From: the human T2T-CHM13v2.0 reference genome, Homo sapiens
DNA length: 64,000 nt
NCBI RefSeq assembly: GCF_009914755.1
Contig: NC_060937.1
Direction: 5' to 3' (one strand)
Below the pieces are notes generated by a model. The model was not told the origin of the DNA and did not search any database. It saw only the letters and a program-made list of their open reading frames with translations. The position numbers and the translations under genes are program-made. Positions 27,076 through 43,450 of this stretch are shown here, piece by piece (within the stretch, counting starts at the first letter, position 1; each line of letters begins with the position of its first letter).

Positions 27076-30000
27076 GTATCTGCGGTACATAAGATATCAA
27101 AGTACCCATACTATATAGTATATACTGTACTTAAAATATCAAAATACCCAAAATATATATTATATACGTTACATAAACTATCAAATACACAAAGTATGTA
27201 TTATATACTGTACATAAAATAGAAAAGTTCCCAAAATATGTATTATATATATTATAAATATGTACATAAAATATGAAAGTACCCAACCATTTATAATAAA
27301 CTCTACATAAAACACCAAAGTACCCAAACTGTGTATTATATACTGTCCATAAAATATCAAAGTACCCAAAATATATATTGTAAACTCTACATAAAATATC
27401 AAAGTAGCCAAAATACATATTGTATACTGTACATAAAATATAAAAGTACCCCAAATATATATTATATACTGTACATAAAATATCAAAGTACCCATAATAC
27501 ATATTATATACTGTACATAAAATATCAAAGGACCCAAAATAAACATTATATACTGTACATAAAATATCCAAATACTCAAAATATATATTACATACTGTAC
27601 ATAAAATATCAAAGTACCCAAATTATGTACTATATACTGTACATAAAATATCAGAGTACCCAAAATATGCATTATATACTGTACATAAAATATGAAAGTA
27701 ACAAAACATTTATAATAAAGTGTACATAAAATATCAAAGTACTCAAACTATATATCATATACTGTACATAAAATATCAAAGTACCCAAACTGTGTATTAT
27801 TATATACTGTATATAAAATATCAAAGTACCTGAAATATATATTGTATACTGTACATAAAATATCAAAGTACACAAAATATATACTATATACTGTACATAA
27901 AATATGAAGGTACATCAAATATATATTATATCCTGTACATAAAATAACAAAGTACACCTATTATATATTGTGTACTGTACATAATATATTAAATCGCCCA
28001 AATATATATTGTATACTGTATATAAAATATGAAGGTACTTCAAATATATATTATATGCTGCACATAAAATATCAAAGTACCCAAGGTATGCATTACATAC
28101 TGTACATAAAATATCAAAGTACACAAATTATATATTATATACTGTACATAAAATCTGTAGGTTCATCAAATATATTTTATATTCTGTACATAATATATCA
28201 AAGTACATCAAATATATATTATATACGGTACATAAAATATCAAATTACCCAAAATATATATTATTTACTATACATAAAATATGAAAGTAACCAAACATTT
28301 ATAATAAACTGTACATAAATTATCAAAGTACTCAATCTACATATTATATACAGTATATAAAATATCAAAGTACACAAACTGTATATTATATACTGTACAT
28401 AATATGTCAAAGTACCCAGAATATATAGCATACTGTACATACAATATCAAAGTACCCAAAATATATATTGTATACTGTACATAAAATATGAAGGTACATC
28501 AAAGATATATTATATTCTGTACATAAAATATCAAAGTACACCAAATATATATTATATGCTGTACATAATATATTAAAGTTGCCCATGTATACATTTTATA
28601 CTGTACATAAAATATGAAGGTACATCAAATATATAGTATATGCTGCACATAAAATATCAAAGTACCCAAAGTATGTATTATATACTGTACATAAAATATC
28701 AAAGTACCAAAAGTATATATTACCTACTGTAAATAAAATGTGAAGATACCTCAAATATATATTATATTCTGTACATGAAATATCAAAGTACACCAAGTAT
28801 ATACTATATACTCTACATAAAATATTAAATTACCCAAAATATGTATTGTATTGTGTACATAAAATATGAAAATAACCAAACATTTATAATAAACTGTACA
28901 TAAAATATCAAAGTACTCAAACTTTATATTATATACTGTACATAAAGTATCAAAGTACCCAAACTGTGTAGTATATACTGTACATAAAATATCAAGGTAC
29001 CCAAAATGTATATTGTAAACTGTAGATAAAATATCAAAGTACCCAAAATATATATTATATACTGTACATAAAATATGAAGGCACATCCAATATATATTAT
29101 ATTCTGTACATAAAATATCAAAGTACACCAAATGTATATTATATACTGTACATAAAATATAAAACTACCCCAAATATATATTATATACTCTACATAAAAT
29201 ATCAAAGTACCCAAAATATATATTATATACTGTACATAATATATCAAAGTACCCATAGTATGTATTATATCCTGTACATAAAATATGAAAGTACGTCAAA
29301 TATATATTCTATTCTGCACATAAAATATCATATTGCACCAAATATATATTGTATACTGTATATAAAATATGAAGGTACTTCAAATATATATTATATGCTG
29401 CACATAAAATATCAAAGTACCCAAAGTATGCATTATATACTGTACATAAAATATCAAAGTACCCAAAGTGTATATTATATACTGTACATAAAATATGAAG
29501 GTTCATCAAATATATTTTATATTCTGCACATAATATATCAAAGTACAGCAAATATATATTATATACTGTACATAAAATAACAAAGTAACAAAAATATGTA
29601 TTATATACTGTACATAAAATATGAAAGTAACCAAATATTTATAATAAACTGTATATAAAATATCAAAGTACTCAAACTACATATTATATACAGTATATAA
29701 AATATCAAAGTACCCAAACTATATATTATATACTGTACATACTATATCAAAGTACCCGAATATAGAGCATACTGTACATAAAATATCAAATTACCCAAAA
29801 TATATATTGTATACTGTACATAAAATATGAAGGTACATCAAAGATATATTATATTCTGTACATAAAATATCAAAGTACACCAAATATATATTATATGCTG
29901 TACAGAATATATTAAAGTCGACCAAATGTATATTATATAGTGTACATAAAATATGAAGGTACATCAAATATATATTATATGCTGCACATAAAATATCAAA

Positions 30001-33000
30001 GTACCCAAAGTATGTATTATATACTGTACATAAAATATCAAAGTACCCAAAGTATATATTATATACTGTACATAAAATATAAAATACCCCAAATATATAT
30101 TATATGCTGTACATAAAATATCAAAGTACACAAAATATGCATTATGTACTGTACATAAATTATCAAAGGACCCAAAATATATATTATATAGTGTACATAA
30201 AATATCAAAATACCCAAAATATATATTATATACTGTACATAAAATACCAAAGTACCCAAAGTATATATTATATACTGTATAAAAAATATCAAAGTAGCCA
30301 AAATATGTATTATACACTGTACATAATATATGAAAGTACCCAAACATTTATAATAAACTGTACATAAAATATCAATGTACTCAAATTATATATTATGTGC
30401 GGTACTTAAGATATCAAAGTACCCATACTATATAGTATGTACTGTACTTAAAATATCAAAATACCCAAAATATATATTATATACGTTACATAAACTATCA
30501 AATACACAAAGTATGTATTACATACTGTACATAAAATAGCAAAGTTCCCAAAATATGTATTATATACTGTACATAAAATATGAAAGTAACCAACCATTTA
30601 TAATAAACTCTACATAAAATACCAAAGTACCCAAACTGTGTATTATATACTCTCCATAAAATATCAAAGTACCCAAAATATATATTGTCAACTGTACATA
30701 AAATATCAAAGTAGCCAAAATATATATAGTATACCGTACATAAAATATAAAAGTACCCCAAATATGTATTATATACTGTACATAAAATATCAAAGTACCG
30801 ATAATACATATTATATAGTGTACATAAAATATCAGAGGACCCAAAATAAACATTATATACTGTACATAAAATATCCAAATACTCAAAATATATATTACAT
30901 ACGGTACATAAAATATCAAAGTACCCAAATTATGTATTATATACTGTACATAAAATATCAGAGTACACAAAATATGCATTATATACTGTACATAAAATAT
31001 GAAAGTAACAAAACATTTATAATAAACTGTACATAAAATATCAAAGTACTCAAACTATATATCATATACTGTACATAAAATATCAAAGTACCCAAACTGT
31101 GTATTATTACATACTGTATATAAAATATCAAAGTACCTGAAATATATACTGTATACTGTACATAAAATATCAAAGTACCCAAAATATATACTATATACTG
31201 TACATAAAATATGAAGGTACATCAAATATATATTATATCCTGTACATAAAATATCAAAGTACACCTATTATATATTGTGTACTGTACATAATATATTAAA
31301 TCGCCCAAATATATATTGTATACTGTATATAAAATATGAAGGTACTTCAAATATATATTATATGCTGCACATAAAATATCAAAGTACCCAAAGTATGCAT
31401 TACATACTGTACATAAAATATCAAAGTACACATATTATCTATTATATAATGTACATAAAATATGAAGGTTCATCAAATATATATTATATTCTGTACATAA
31501 TATATCAAAGTACATCAAATATATATTATATACTGTACATAAAATATCAAAGTACCAAAAATATGTATTATATACTGTACATAAAACATGAAAGTAACCA
31601 AACATTTATAATAAACTGTACTTAAAATATCAAAGTACTCAATCTACATATTATATACAGTATATAAAATATCAAAGTACACAAACTGTATATTATATAC
31701 TGTACATAATATATCAAAGTACCCAGAATATATAGCATACTGTACTTAAAATATCAAAGTACCCAAAATATATATTGTATACTGTACATAAAATATGAAG
31801 GTACATCAAAGATATATTATATTCTGTACATAAAATATCAAAGTACACCAAATATATATTATATGCTGTACATAATATATTAAAGTTGCCCATATATACA
31901 TTATATACTGTACATAAAATATGAACGTACATCAAATATATAGTATATGCTGCACATAAAATATCAAAGTACCCAAAGTATGTATTATACACTGTACATA
32001 AAATATCAAAGTACCAAAAGTATATATTACATACTGTAAATAAAATATGAAGGTACCTCAAATATATATTATATTCTGTACATAAAATATCAAAGTACAC
32101 CAAGTATATACTATATACTCTGCATAAAATATTAAATTACCCAAAATATGTATTGCATTGTGTACATAAAATATGAAAGTAACCAAACATTTATAATAAA
32201 CTGTACATAAAATATCAAAGTACTCAAACTGTATATTATATACTGTACATAAAGTATCAAAGTACCCAAACTGTGTAGTATATACTGTACATAAAATATC
32301 AAGGTACCCAAAATATATATTGTAAACTGTAGATAAAATATCAAAGTACCCAAAATATATATTATATACTGTACATAAAATATGAAGGCACATCCAATAT
32401 ATATTATATTCTGTACATAAAATATCAAAGTACACCAAATGTATATTATATACTGTACATAAAATATCAAAGTACCCAAAGTGTATATTATATACTGTAC
32501 ATAAAATATGAAGATTCATCAAATATATTTTATATTCTGCACATAATATATCAAAGTACAGCAAATATATATTATATACTGTACATAAAATATCAAAGTA
32601 CCCAAAATATGTATTATATACTGTACATAAAATATGAAAGTAACCAAACATTTATAATAAACTGTACATAAAGTATCAAAGTACTCAAACTACATATTAT
32701 ATACAGTATATAAAATGTCAAAGTACCCAAACTGTATATTATATACTGTACATAATATATCAAAGTACCTGAATATATAGCATACTGTACATAAAATATC
32801 AAAGTACCCAAAGTGTGTATTATACACTGCACATAAAATATGAAGGTACATAAAATATATATTGTATTCTGTACATAAAATATCAAAGTACTCCAAATAT
32901 ATATTATATGCTGTACATAATATATTAAAGTCGCCCAAATATATATTATATACTGTACATAAAATATGAAGGTACATCAAATATATATTATATGCTGCAC

Positions 33001-33405
33001 ATAAAATATCAAAGTACCCAAAGTATGTGTTATATACTGTACATAAAATATCAAAGTACCCAAAGTATATATTATATACTGTACATAAAATATAAAATAC
33101 CCCAAATATATATTATATGCTCTACATAAAATATCAAAGTACACAAAATATGTATTATATACTGTACATAAAATACCAAAGGACCCAAAATATATATTAT
33201 ATACTGTACATAAAATATCAAAATACCCAAAATATATATTATATACTGTACATAAAATACCAAAGTACCCAAAGTATATATTATATACCGTACAAAAAAT
33301 ATCAAAGTAGCCAAAATATGTATTATACACTGTACATAATATATGAAAGTACCCAAACATTTATAAAAAACTGTACATAAAATATCAATGTACTCAAACT
33401 ATATA
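27076..33405 (+). repeat. Canonical 6330-bp higher-order unit (3317 + 3013)
   Basis: Markers at 27076, 30393 and 33406. Confidence 0.9.
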
Positions 33406-36400
33406 TTATGTGCGGTACATAAGATATCAAATTACCCATACTATATAGTATATACTGCACTTAAAATATCAAAATACCCAAAATATATATTATATACGTT
33501 ACATAAACTATCAAATACACAAAGTATGTATTATATACTGTACATAAAATAGCAAAGTTCCCAAAATATGTATTATATACTGTACATAAAATATGAAAGT
33601 ACCCAACCATTTATAATAAACTCTACATAAAATACCAAAGTACCCAAACTGTGTATTATATACTGTCCATAAAATATCAAAGTACCCAAAATATATATTG
33701 TAAACTGTACATAAAATATCAAAGTAGCCAAAATACATATTGTATACTGTACATAAAATATGAAAGTACCCCAAATATGTATTATATACTGTACATAAAA
33801 TATCAAAGTACCCATAATACATATTATATACTGTACATAAAATATCAAAGGACCCAAAATAAACATTATATACTGTACATAAAATATCCAAATACTCAAA
33901 ATATATATTACGTACTGTACATAAAATATCAAAGTACCCAAATTATGTATTATATACTGTACGTAAAATATCAGAGTACCCAAAATATGCATTATATACT
34001 GTACATAAAATATGAAAGTAACAATACATTTATAATAAACTGTACATAAAATATCAAAGTACTCAAACTATATATCATATACTGTACATAAAATATCAAA
34101 GTACCCAAACTGTGTATTATTATATACTGTATATAAAATATCAAAGTACCTGAAATATATACTGTATACTGTACATAAAATATCAAAGTACCCAAAATAT
34201 ATACTATATACTGTACATAAAATATGAAGGTACATCAAATATATATTATATCCTGTACATAAAATATCAAAGTACACCTATTATATATTGTGTACTGTAC
34301 ATAATATATTAAATCGCCCAAATATATATTGTATACTGTATATAAAATATGAAGGTACTTCAAATATATATTATATGCTGCACATAAAATATCAAAGTAC
34401 CCAAAGTATGCATTAAACACTGTACATAAAATATCAAAGTACACATATTATCTATTATATAATGTACATAAAATATGAAGGTTCATCAAATATATATTAT
34501 ATTCTGTACATAATATATCAAAGTACATCAAATATATATTATATACTGTACATAAAATATCAAAGTACCAAAAATATGTATTATATACTGTACATAAAAC
34601 ATGAAAGTAACCAAACATTAATAATAAACTGTACATAAAATATCAAAGTACTCAATCTACATATTATATACAGTATATAAAATATCAAAGTACACAAACT
34701 GTATATTATATACCGTACATAATATATCAAAGTACCCAGAATATATAGCATACTGTACATAAAATATCAAAGTACCCAAAATGTATATTGTATACTGTAC
34801 ATAAAATATGAAGGTACATCAAAGATATATTATATTCTGTACATAAAATATCAAAGTACACCAAATATATATTATATGCTGTACATAATATATTAAAGTT
34901 GCCCATATATACATTATATACTGTACATAAAATATGAACGTACATCAAATATATAGTATATGCTGCACATAAAATATCAAAGTACCCAAAGTATGTATTA
35001 TACACTGTACATAAAATATCAAAGTACCAAAAGTATATATTACATACTGTAAATAAAATATGAAGGTACCTCAAATATATATTATATTCTGTACATAAAA
35101 TATCAAAGTACACCAAGTATATACTATATACTCTGCATAAAATATTAAATTACCCAAAATATGTATTGCATTGTGTACATAAAATATGAAAGTAACCAAA
35201 CATTTATAATAAACTGTACATAAAATATCAAAGTACTCAAACTGTATATTATATACTGTACATAAAGTATCAAAGTACCCAAACTGTGTAGTATATACTG
35301 TACATAAAATATCAAGGTACCCAAAATATATATTGTAAACTGTAGATAAAATATCAAAGTACCCAAAATATATATTATATACTGTACATAAAATATGAAG
35401 GCACATCCAATATATATTATATTCTGTACATAATATATCAAAGTACACCAAATGTATATTATATACTGTACATAAAATATCAAAGTACCCAAAGTGTATA
35501 TTATATACTGTACATAAACTATGAAAGTTCATCAAATATATTTTATATTCTGCACATAATATATCAAAGTACAGCAAATATATATTATATACTGTACATA
35601 AAATATCAAAGTACCCAAAATATGTATTATATACTGTACATAAAATATGAAAGTAACCAAACATTTATAATAAACTGTACATAAAATATCAAAGTACTCA
35701 AACTGTATATTATATACTCTACATAAAGTATCAAAGTACCCAAACTGTGTAGTATATACTGTACATAAAATATCAAGGTACCCAAAATATATATTGTAAA
35801 CTGTAGATAAAATATCAAAGTACCCAAAATATATATTATATACTGTACATGAAATATGAAGGCCCCTCCAATATATATTATACTCTGTACATAAAATATC
35901 AAAGTACACCAAATGTATATTATATACTGTACATAAAATATCAAAGTACCCAAAGTGTATATTATATACTGTACATAAACTATGAAGGTTCATCAAATAT
36001 ATTTTATATTCTGCACATAATATATCAAAGTACAGCAAATATATATTATATACTGTACATAAAATATCAAAGTACCCAAATTATGTATTATATACTGTAC
36101 ATAAAATATGAAAGTAAGCAAACATTTATAATAAACTGTACATAAAGTATCAAAGTACTCAAACTACATATTATATACAGTATATAAAATATCAAAGTAC
36201 CCAAACTGTATATTATATAATGTACATAATATATCAAAGTACCCGAATATATAGCATACTCTACATAAAATATCAAAGTACCCAAAGTTTGTATTATACA
36301 CTGCACATAAAATATGGAGGTACATCAAAGATATATTATATTCTGTACATAAAATATCAAAGTACACCAAATATATGTTATATGCTGTACATAATATATT

Positions 36401-36879
36401 AAAGTCGACCAAATATATATTATATACTGTACATAAAATATGAAGGTACATCAAATATATATTATATGCTGCACATAAAATATCAAAGTACCCAAAGTAT
36501 GTGTTATATACTGTACATAAAATATCAAAGTACCCAAAGTATATATTATATACTGTACATAAAATATAAAATACCCCAAATATATATTATATGCTCTACA
36601 TAAAATATCAAAGTACACAAAATATGTATTATATACTGTACATAAAATACCAAAGGACCCAAAATATATATTATATACTGTACATAAAATATCAAAATAC
36701 CCAAAATATATATTATATACTGTACATAAAATACCAAAGTACCCAAAGTATATATTATATACCGTACAAAAAATATCAAAGTAGCCAAAATATGTATTAT
36801 ACACTGTACATAATATATGAAAGTACCCAAACATTTATAATAAACTGTACATAAAATATCAATGTACTCAAACTATATA
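33406..36879 (+). repeat. Second 3474-bp variant unit (461-bp duplication)
   Basis: Counterpart of 17031-20504 at +16375; GGCCCCTCC at 35861. Confidence 0.87.
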
Positions 36880-39800
36880 TTATGTGCGGTACATAAGATA
36901 TCAAAGTACCCATACTATATAGTATATACTGTACTTAAAATATCAAAATACCCAAAATATATATTATATACGTTACATAAACTATCAAATACACAAAGTA
37001 TGTATTATATACTGTACATAAAATAGCAAAGTTCCCAAAATATGTATTATATACTGTACATAAAATATGAAAGTACCCAACCATTTATAATAAAGTCTAC
37101 ATAAAATACCAAAGTACCCAAACTGTGTATTATATACTGTCCATAAAATATCAAAGGACCCAAAATATATATTGTAAACTCTACATAAAATATCAAAGTA
37201 GCCAAAATACATATTGTATACTGTACATAAAATATAAAAGTACCCCAAATATATATTATATACTGTACATAAAATATCAAAGTACCCATAATACATATTA
37301 TACACTGTACATAAAATATCAAAGGACCCAAAATAAACATTATATACTGTACATAAAATATCCAAATACTCAAAATATATATTACATACTGTACATAAAA
37401 TATCAAAGTACCCAAATTATGTATTATACACTGTACGTAAAATATCAGAGTACCCAAAATATGCATTATATACTGTACATAAAATATGAAAGTAACAAAA
37501 CATTTATAATAAACTGTACATAAAATATCAAAGTACTCAAACTATATATCATATACTCTACATAAAATATCAAAGTACCCAAACTGTGTATTATTATATA
37601 CTGTATATAAAATATCAAAGTACCTGAAATATATACTGTATACTGTACATAAAATATCAAAGTACCCAAAATATATACTATATACTGTACATAAAATATG
37701 AAGGTACATCAAATATATATTATATCCTGTACATAAAATATCAAAGTACACCTATTATATATTGTGTACTGTACATAATATATTAAATCGCACAAATATA
37801 TATTGTATACTGTATATAAAATATGAAGTTACTTCAAATATATATTATATGCTGCACATAAAATATCAAAGTACCCAAGGTATGCATTACATACTGTACA
37901 TAAAATATCAAAGTACACATATTATCTATTATATAATGTACATAAAATATGAAGGTTCATCAAATATATATTATATTCTGTACATAATATATCAAAGTAC
38001 ATCAAATATATATTATATACTGTACATAAAATATCAAAGTACCAAAAATATGTATTATATACTGTACATAAAACATGAAAGTAACCAAACATTTATAATA
38101 AACTGTACATAAAATATCAAAGTACTCAATCTACATATTATATACAGTATATAAAATATCAAAGTACACAAACTGTATATTATATACGGTACATAATATA
38201 TCAAAGTACCCAGAATATATAGCATACTGTAAATAAAATATCAAAGTACCCAAAATATATATTGTATACTGTACATAAAATATGAAGGTACATCAAAGAT
38301 ATATTATATTCTGTACATAAAATATCAAACTACACCAAATATATATTATATGCTGTACATAATATATTAAAGTTGCCCATATATACATTATATACTGTAC
38401 ATAAAATATGAACGTACATCAAATATATAGTATATGCTACACATAAAATATCAAAGTACCCAAAATATATACTATATACTGTACATAAAATATGAAGGTA
38501 CATCAAATATATATTATATCCTGTACATAAAATATCAAAGTACACCTATTATATATTGTGTACTGCACATAATATATTAAATCGCCCAAATATATATTGT
38601 ATACTGTATATAAAATATGAAGGTACTTCAAATATATATTATATGCTGCACATAAAATATCAAAGTACCCAAAGTATGCATTACATACTGTACATAAAAT
38701 ATCAAATTACAAAAATTATATATTATATTCTGTACATAAAATATGTAGGTTCTTCAAATATATTTTATATTCTGTACATAATATATCAAAGTACATCAAA
38801 TATATATTATATACGGTACATAAAATATCAAAGTACCCAAAATATGTATTAATTACTGTGCATAAAATATGAAAGTAACCAAACATTTATAATAAACTGT
38901 ACATAAAATATCAAACTACTCAATCTACATATTATATACAGTATATAAAATATCAAAGTACACAAACTGTATATTATATACTGTACATAATATATCAAAG
39001 TACCCAGAATATATAGCATACTGTACATACAATATCAAAGTACCCAGAATGTATATTGTATTCTGTACATAAAATATGAATGTACATCAAAGATATATTA
39101 TATTCTGTACATAAAATATCAAAGTACACCAAATATATATTATATGCTGTACATAATATATTAAAGTTGCCCATGCATACATTTTATACTGTACATAAAA
39201 TATGAAGGTACATCAAATATATAGTATATGCTGCACATAAAATATCAAAGTACCCAAAGTATGTATTATATACTGTACATAAAATATCAAAGTACCAAAA
39301 GTATATATTACCTACTGTAAATAAAATATGAAGATACCTCAAATATATATTATATTCTGTACATGAAATATCAAAGTACACCAAGTATATACTATATACT
39401 CTACATAAAATATTAAATTACCCAAAATATGTATTGTATTGTGTACATAAAATATGAAAGTAACCAAACATTTATAATAAACTGTACATAAAATATCAAA
39501 GTACTCAAACTTTATATTATATACTGTACATAAAGTATCAAAGTACCCAAACTGTGTAGTATATACTGTACATAAAATATCAAGGTACCCAAAATGTATA
39601 TTGTAAACTGTAGATAAAATATCAAAGTACCCAAAATATATATTATATACTGTACATAAAATATGAAGGCTCATCCAATATATATTATATTCTGTACATA
39701 AAATATCAAAGTACACCAAATGTATATTATATACTGTACATAAAATATAAAACTACGCCAAATATATCTTATATACTCTACATAAAATATCAAAGTACCC

Positions 39801-42800
39801 AAAATATATATTATATACTGTACATAAAATATCAAAGTACCCATAGTATGTATTATATCCTGTACATAAAATATGAAGGTACATCAAATATATATTCTAT
39901 TCTGCACATAAAATATCATATTGCACCAACTATATATTGTATACTGTATATAAAATATGAAGGTACTTCAAATATATATTATATGCTGCACATAAAATAT
40001 CAAAGTACCCAAAGTATGCATTATATACTGTACATAAAATATCAAAGTACCCAAAGTGTATATTATATACTGTACATAAAATATGAAGGTTCATCAAATA
40101 TATTTTATATTCTGCACATAATATATCAAAGTACAGCAAATATATATTATATACTGTACATAAAATATCAAAGTACCCAAAATATGTATTATATACTGTA
40201 CATAAAATATGAAAGTAACCAAACATTTATAATAAACTGTACATAAAATATCAAAGTACTCAAACTACATATTATATACAGTATATAAAATGTCAAAGTA
40301 CCCAAACTGTATATTATATACTGTACATAATATATCAAAGTACCCAAATATATAGCATACTGTACATAAAATATCAAAGTACCCAAAGTGTGTGTTATAC
40401 ACTGCACATAAAATATGAAGGTACATCAAAGATATATTATATTCTGTACATAAAATATCAAAGTACACCAAATATATATTATATGCTGTACAGAATATAT
40501 TAAAGTCGACCAAATATATATTATATACTGTACATAAAATATGAAGGTACATCAAATATATATTATATGCTGCACATAAAATATCAAAGTACCCAAAGTA
40601 TGTATTATATACTGTACATAAAATATCAAAGTACCCAAAGTATATATTATATACTGTACATAAAATATAAAATACCCCAAATATATATTATATCCTGTAC
40701 ATAAAATATCAAAGTACCCAAAATATATATTGTAAACTGTACATAAAATATCAAAGTAGCCAAAATATATATTGTATACTGTCCATAAAATATAAAAGTA
40801 CCCCAAATATGTATTATATACTGTACATAAAATATCAAAGTACCGATAATACATATTATATACTGTACATAAAATATCAAAGGACCCAAAATAAACATTA
40901 TATACTGTACATAAAATATCCAAATACTCAAAATATATATTACATACTGTACATAAAATATCAAAGTACCCAAATTATGTATTATATACTGTACGTAAAA
41001 TATCAGAGTACCCAAAATATGCATTATATACTGTACATAAAATATGAAAGTAACAAAACATTTATAATAAACTGTACATAAAATATCAAAGTACTCAAAC
41101 TATATATCATATACTGTACATAAAATATCAAAGTACCCAAACTGTGTATTATTATATACTGTATATAAAATATCAAAGTACCTGAAATATATATTGTATA
41201 CTGTACATAAAATATCAAAGTACCCAAAATATATACTATATACTGTACATAAAATATGAAGGTACATCAAATATATATTATATCCTGTACATAAAATATC
41301 AAAGTACACCTATTATATATTGTGTACTGTACATAATATATTAAATCGCCCAAATATATATTGTATACTGTATATAAAATATGAAGGTACTTCAAATATA
41401 TATTATATGCTGCACATAAAATATCAAAGTACCCAAGGTATGCATTACATACTGTACATAAAATATCAAAGTACACATATTATATATTATATAATATACA
41501 TAAAATATGAAGGTTCATCAAATATATATTATATTCTGTACATAATATATCAAAGTACATCAAATATATATTATATACTGTACATAAAATATCAAAGTAC
41601 CAAAAATATGTATTATATACTGTACATAAAATATGAAAGTAACCAAACATTTATAATAAACTGTACATAAAATATCAAAGTACTCAGTCTACATATTATA
41701 TACAGTATATAAAATATCAAAGTACACACACTGTATATTATATACTGTACATAATATATCAAAATACCCAGAATATATAGCATACTCTACATAAAATATC
41801 AAAGTACCCAAAATATATATTGTATACTGTACATAAAATATGAAGGTACATCAAAGATATATTATATTCTGTACATAAAATATCAAACTACACCAAATAT
41901 ATATTATATGCTGTACATAATATATTAAAGTTGCCCATATATACATTATATACTGTACATAAAATATGAACGTACATCAAATATATAGTATATGCTGCAC
42001 ATAAAATATCAAAGTACCCAAAGTATGTATTATACACTGTACATAAAATATCAAAGTACCAAAAGTATATATTACATACTGTAAATAAAATATGAAGGTA
42101 CCTCAAATATATATTATATTCTGTACATAAAACATCAAAGTACACCAAGTATATACTATATACTCTGCATAAAATATTAAATTACCCAAAATATGTATTG
42201 CATTGTGTACATAAAATATGAAAGTAACCAAACATTTATAATAAACTGTACATAAAATTTCAAAGTACTCAAACTGTATATTATATACTGTACATAAAGT
42301 ATCAAAGTACCCAAACTGTGTAGTATATACTGTACATAAAATATCAAGGTACCCAAAATATATATTGTAAACTGTAGATAAAATATCAAAGTACCCAAAA
42401 TATATATTATATACTGTACATAAAATATGAAGGCACATCCAATATATACTATATTCTGTACATAAAATATCAAAGTACACCAAATGTATATTATATACTG
42501 TACAAAAAATATCAAAGTACCCAAAGTGTATATTATATACTGTACATAAAATATGAAGGTTCATCAAATATATTTTATATTCTGCACATAATATATCAAA
42601 GTACAGCAAATATATATTATATACTGTACATAAAATATCAAAGTACCCAAAATATGTATTATATACTGTACATAAAATATGAAAGTAACCAAACATTTAT
42701 AATAAACTGTACATAAAGTATCAAAGTACTCAAACTACATATTATATACAGTATATAAAATGTCAAAGTACCCAAACTGTATATTATATACTGTACATAA

Positions 42801-43450
42801 TATATCAAAGTACCCGAATATATAGCATACTGTACATAAAATATCAAGGTACCCAAAGTGTGTATTATACACTGCACATAAAATATGAAGGTACATAAAA
42901 TATATATTGTATTCTGTACATAAAATATCAAAGTACTCCAAATATATATTATATGCTGTACATAATATATTATAGTCGCCCAAATATATATTATATACTG
43001 TACATAAAATATGAAGGTACATCAAATATATATTATATGCTGCACATAAAATATCAAAGTACCCAAAGTATGTGTTATATACTGTACATAAAATATCAAA
43101 GTACCCAATGTATATATTATATACTGTACATAAAATATAAAATACCCCAAATATATATTATATGCTATACATAAAATATCAAAGTACACAAAATATGTAT
43201 TATATACTGTACATAAAATACCAAAGGACCCAAAATATATATTATATACTGTACATAAAATATCAAAATACCCAAAATATATATTATATACTGTACATAA
43301 AATACCAAAGTACCCAAAGTATATATTATATACCGTACAAAAAATATCAAAGTAGCCAAAATATGTATTATACACTGTACATAATATATGAAAGTACCCA
43401 AACATTTATAATAAACTGTACATAAAATATCAATGTACTCAAACTATATA
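36880..43450 (+). repeat. Second 6571-bp variant double unit
   Basis: Counterpart of 20505-27075 at +16375 (e.g. ORFs 22181 and 38556, 24272 and 40647). Confidence 0.85.
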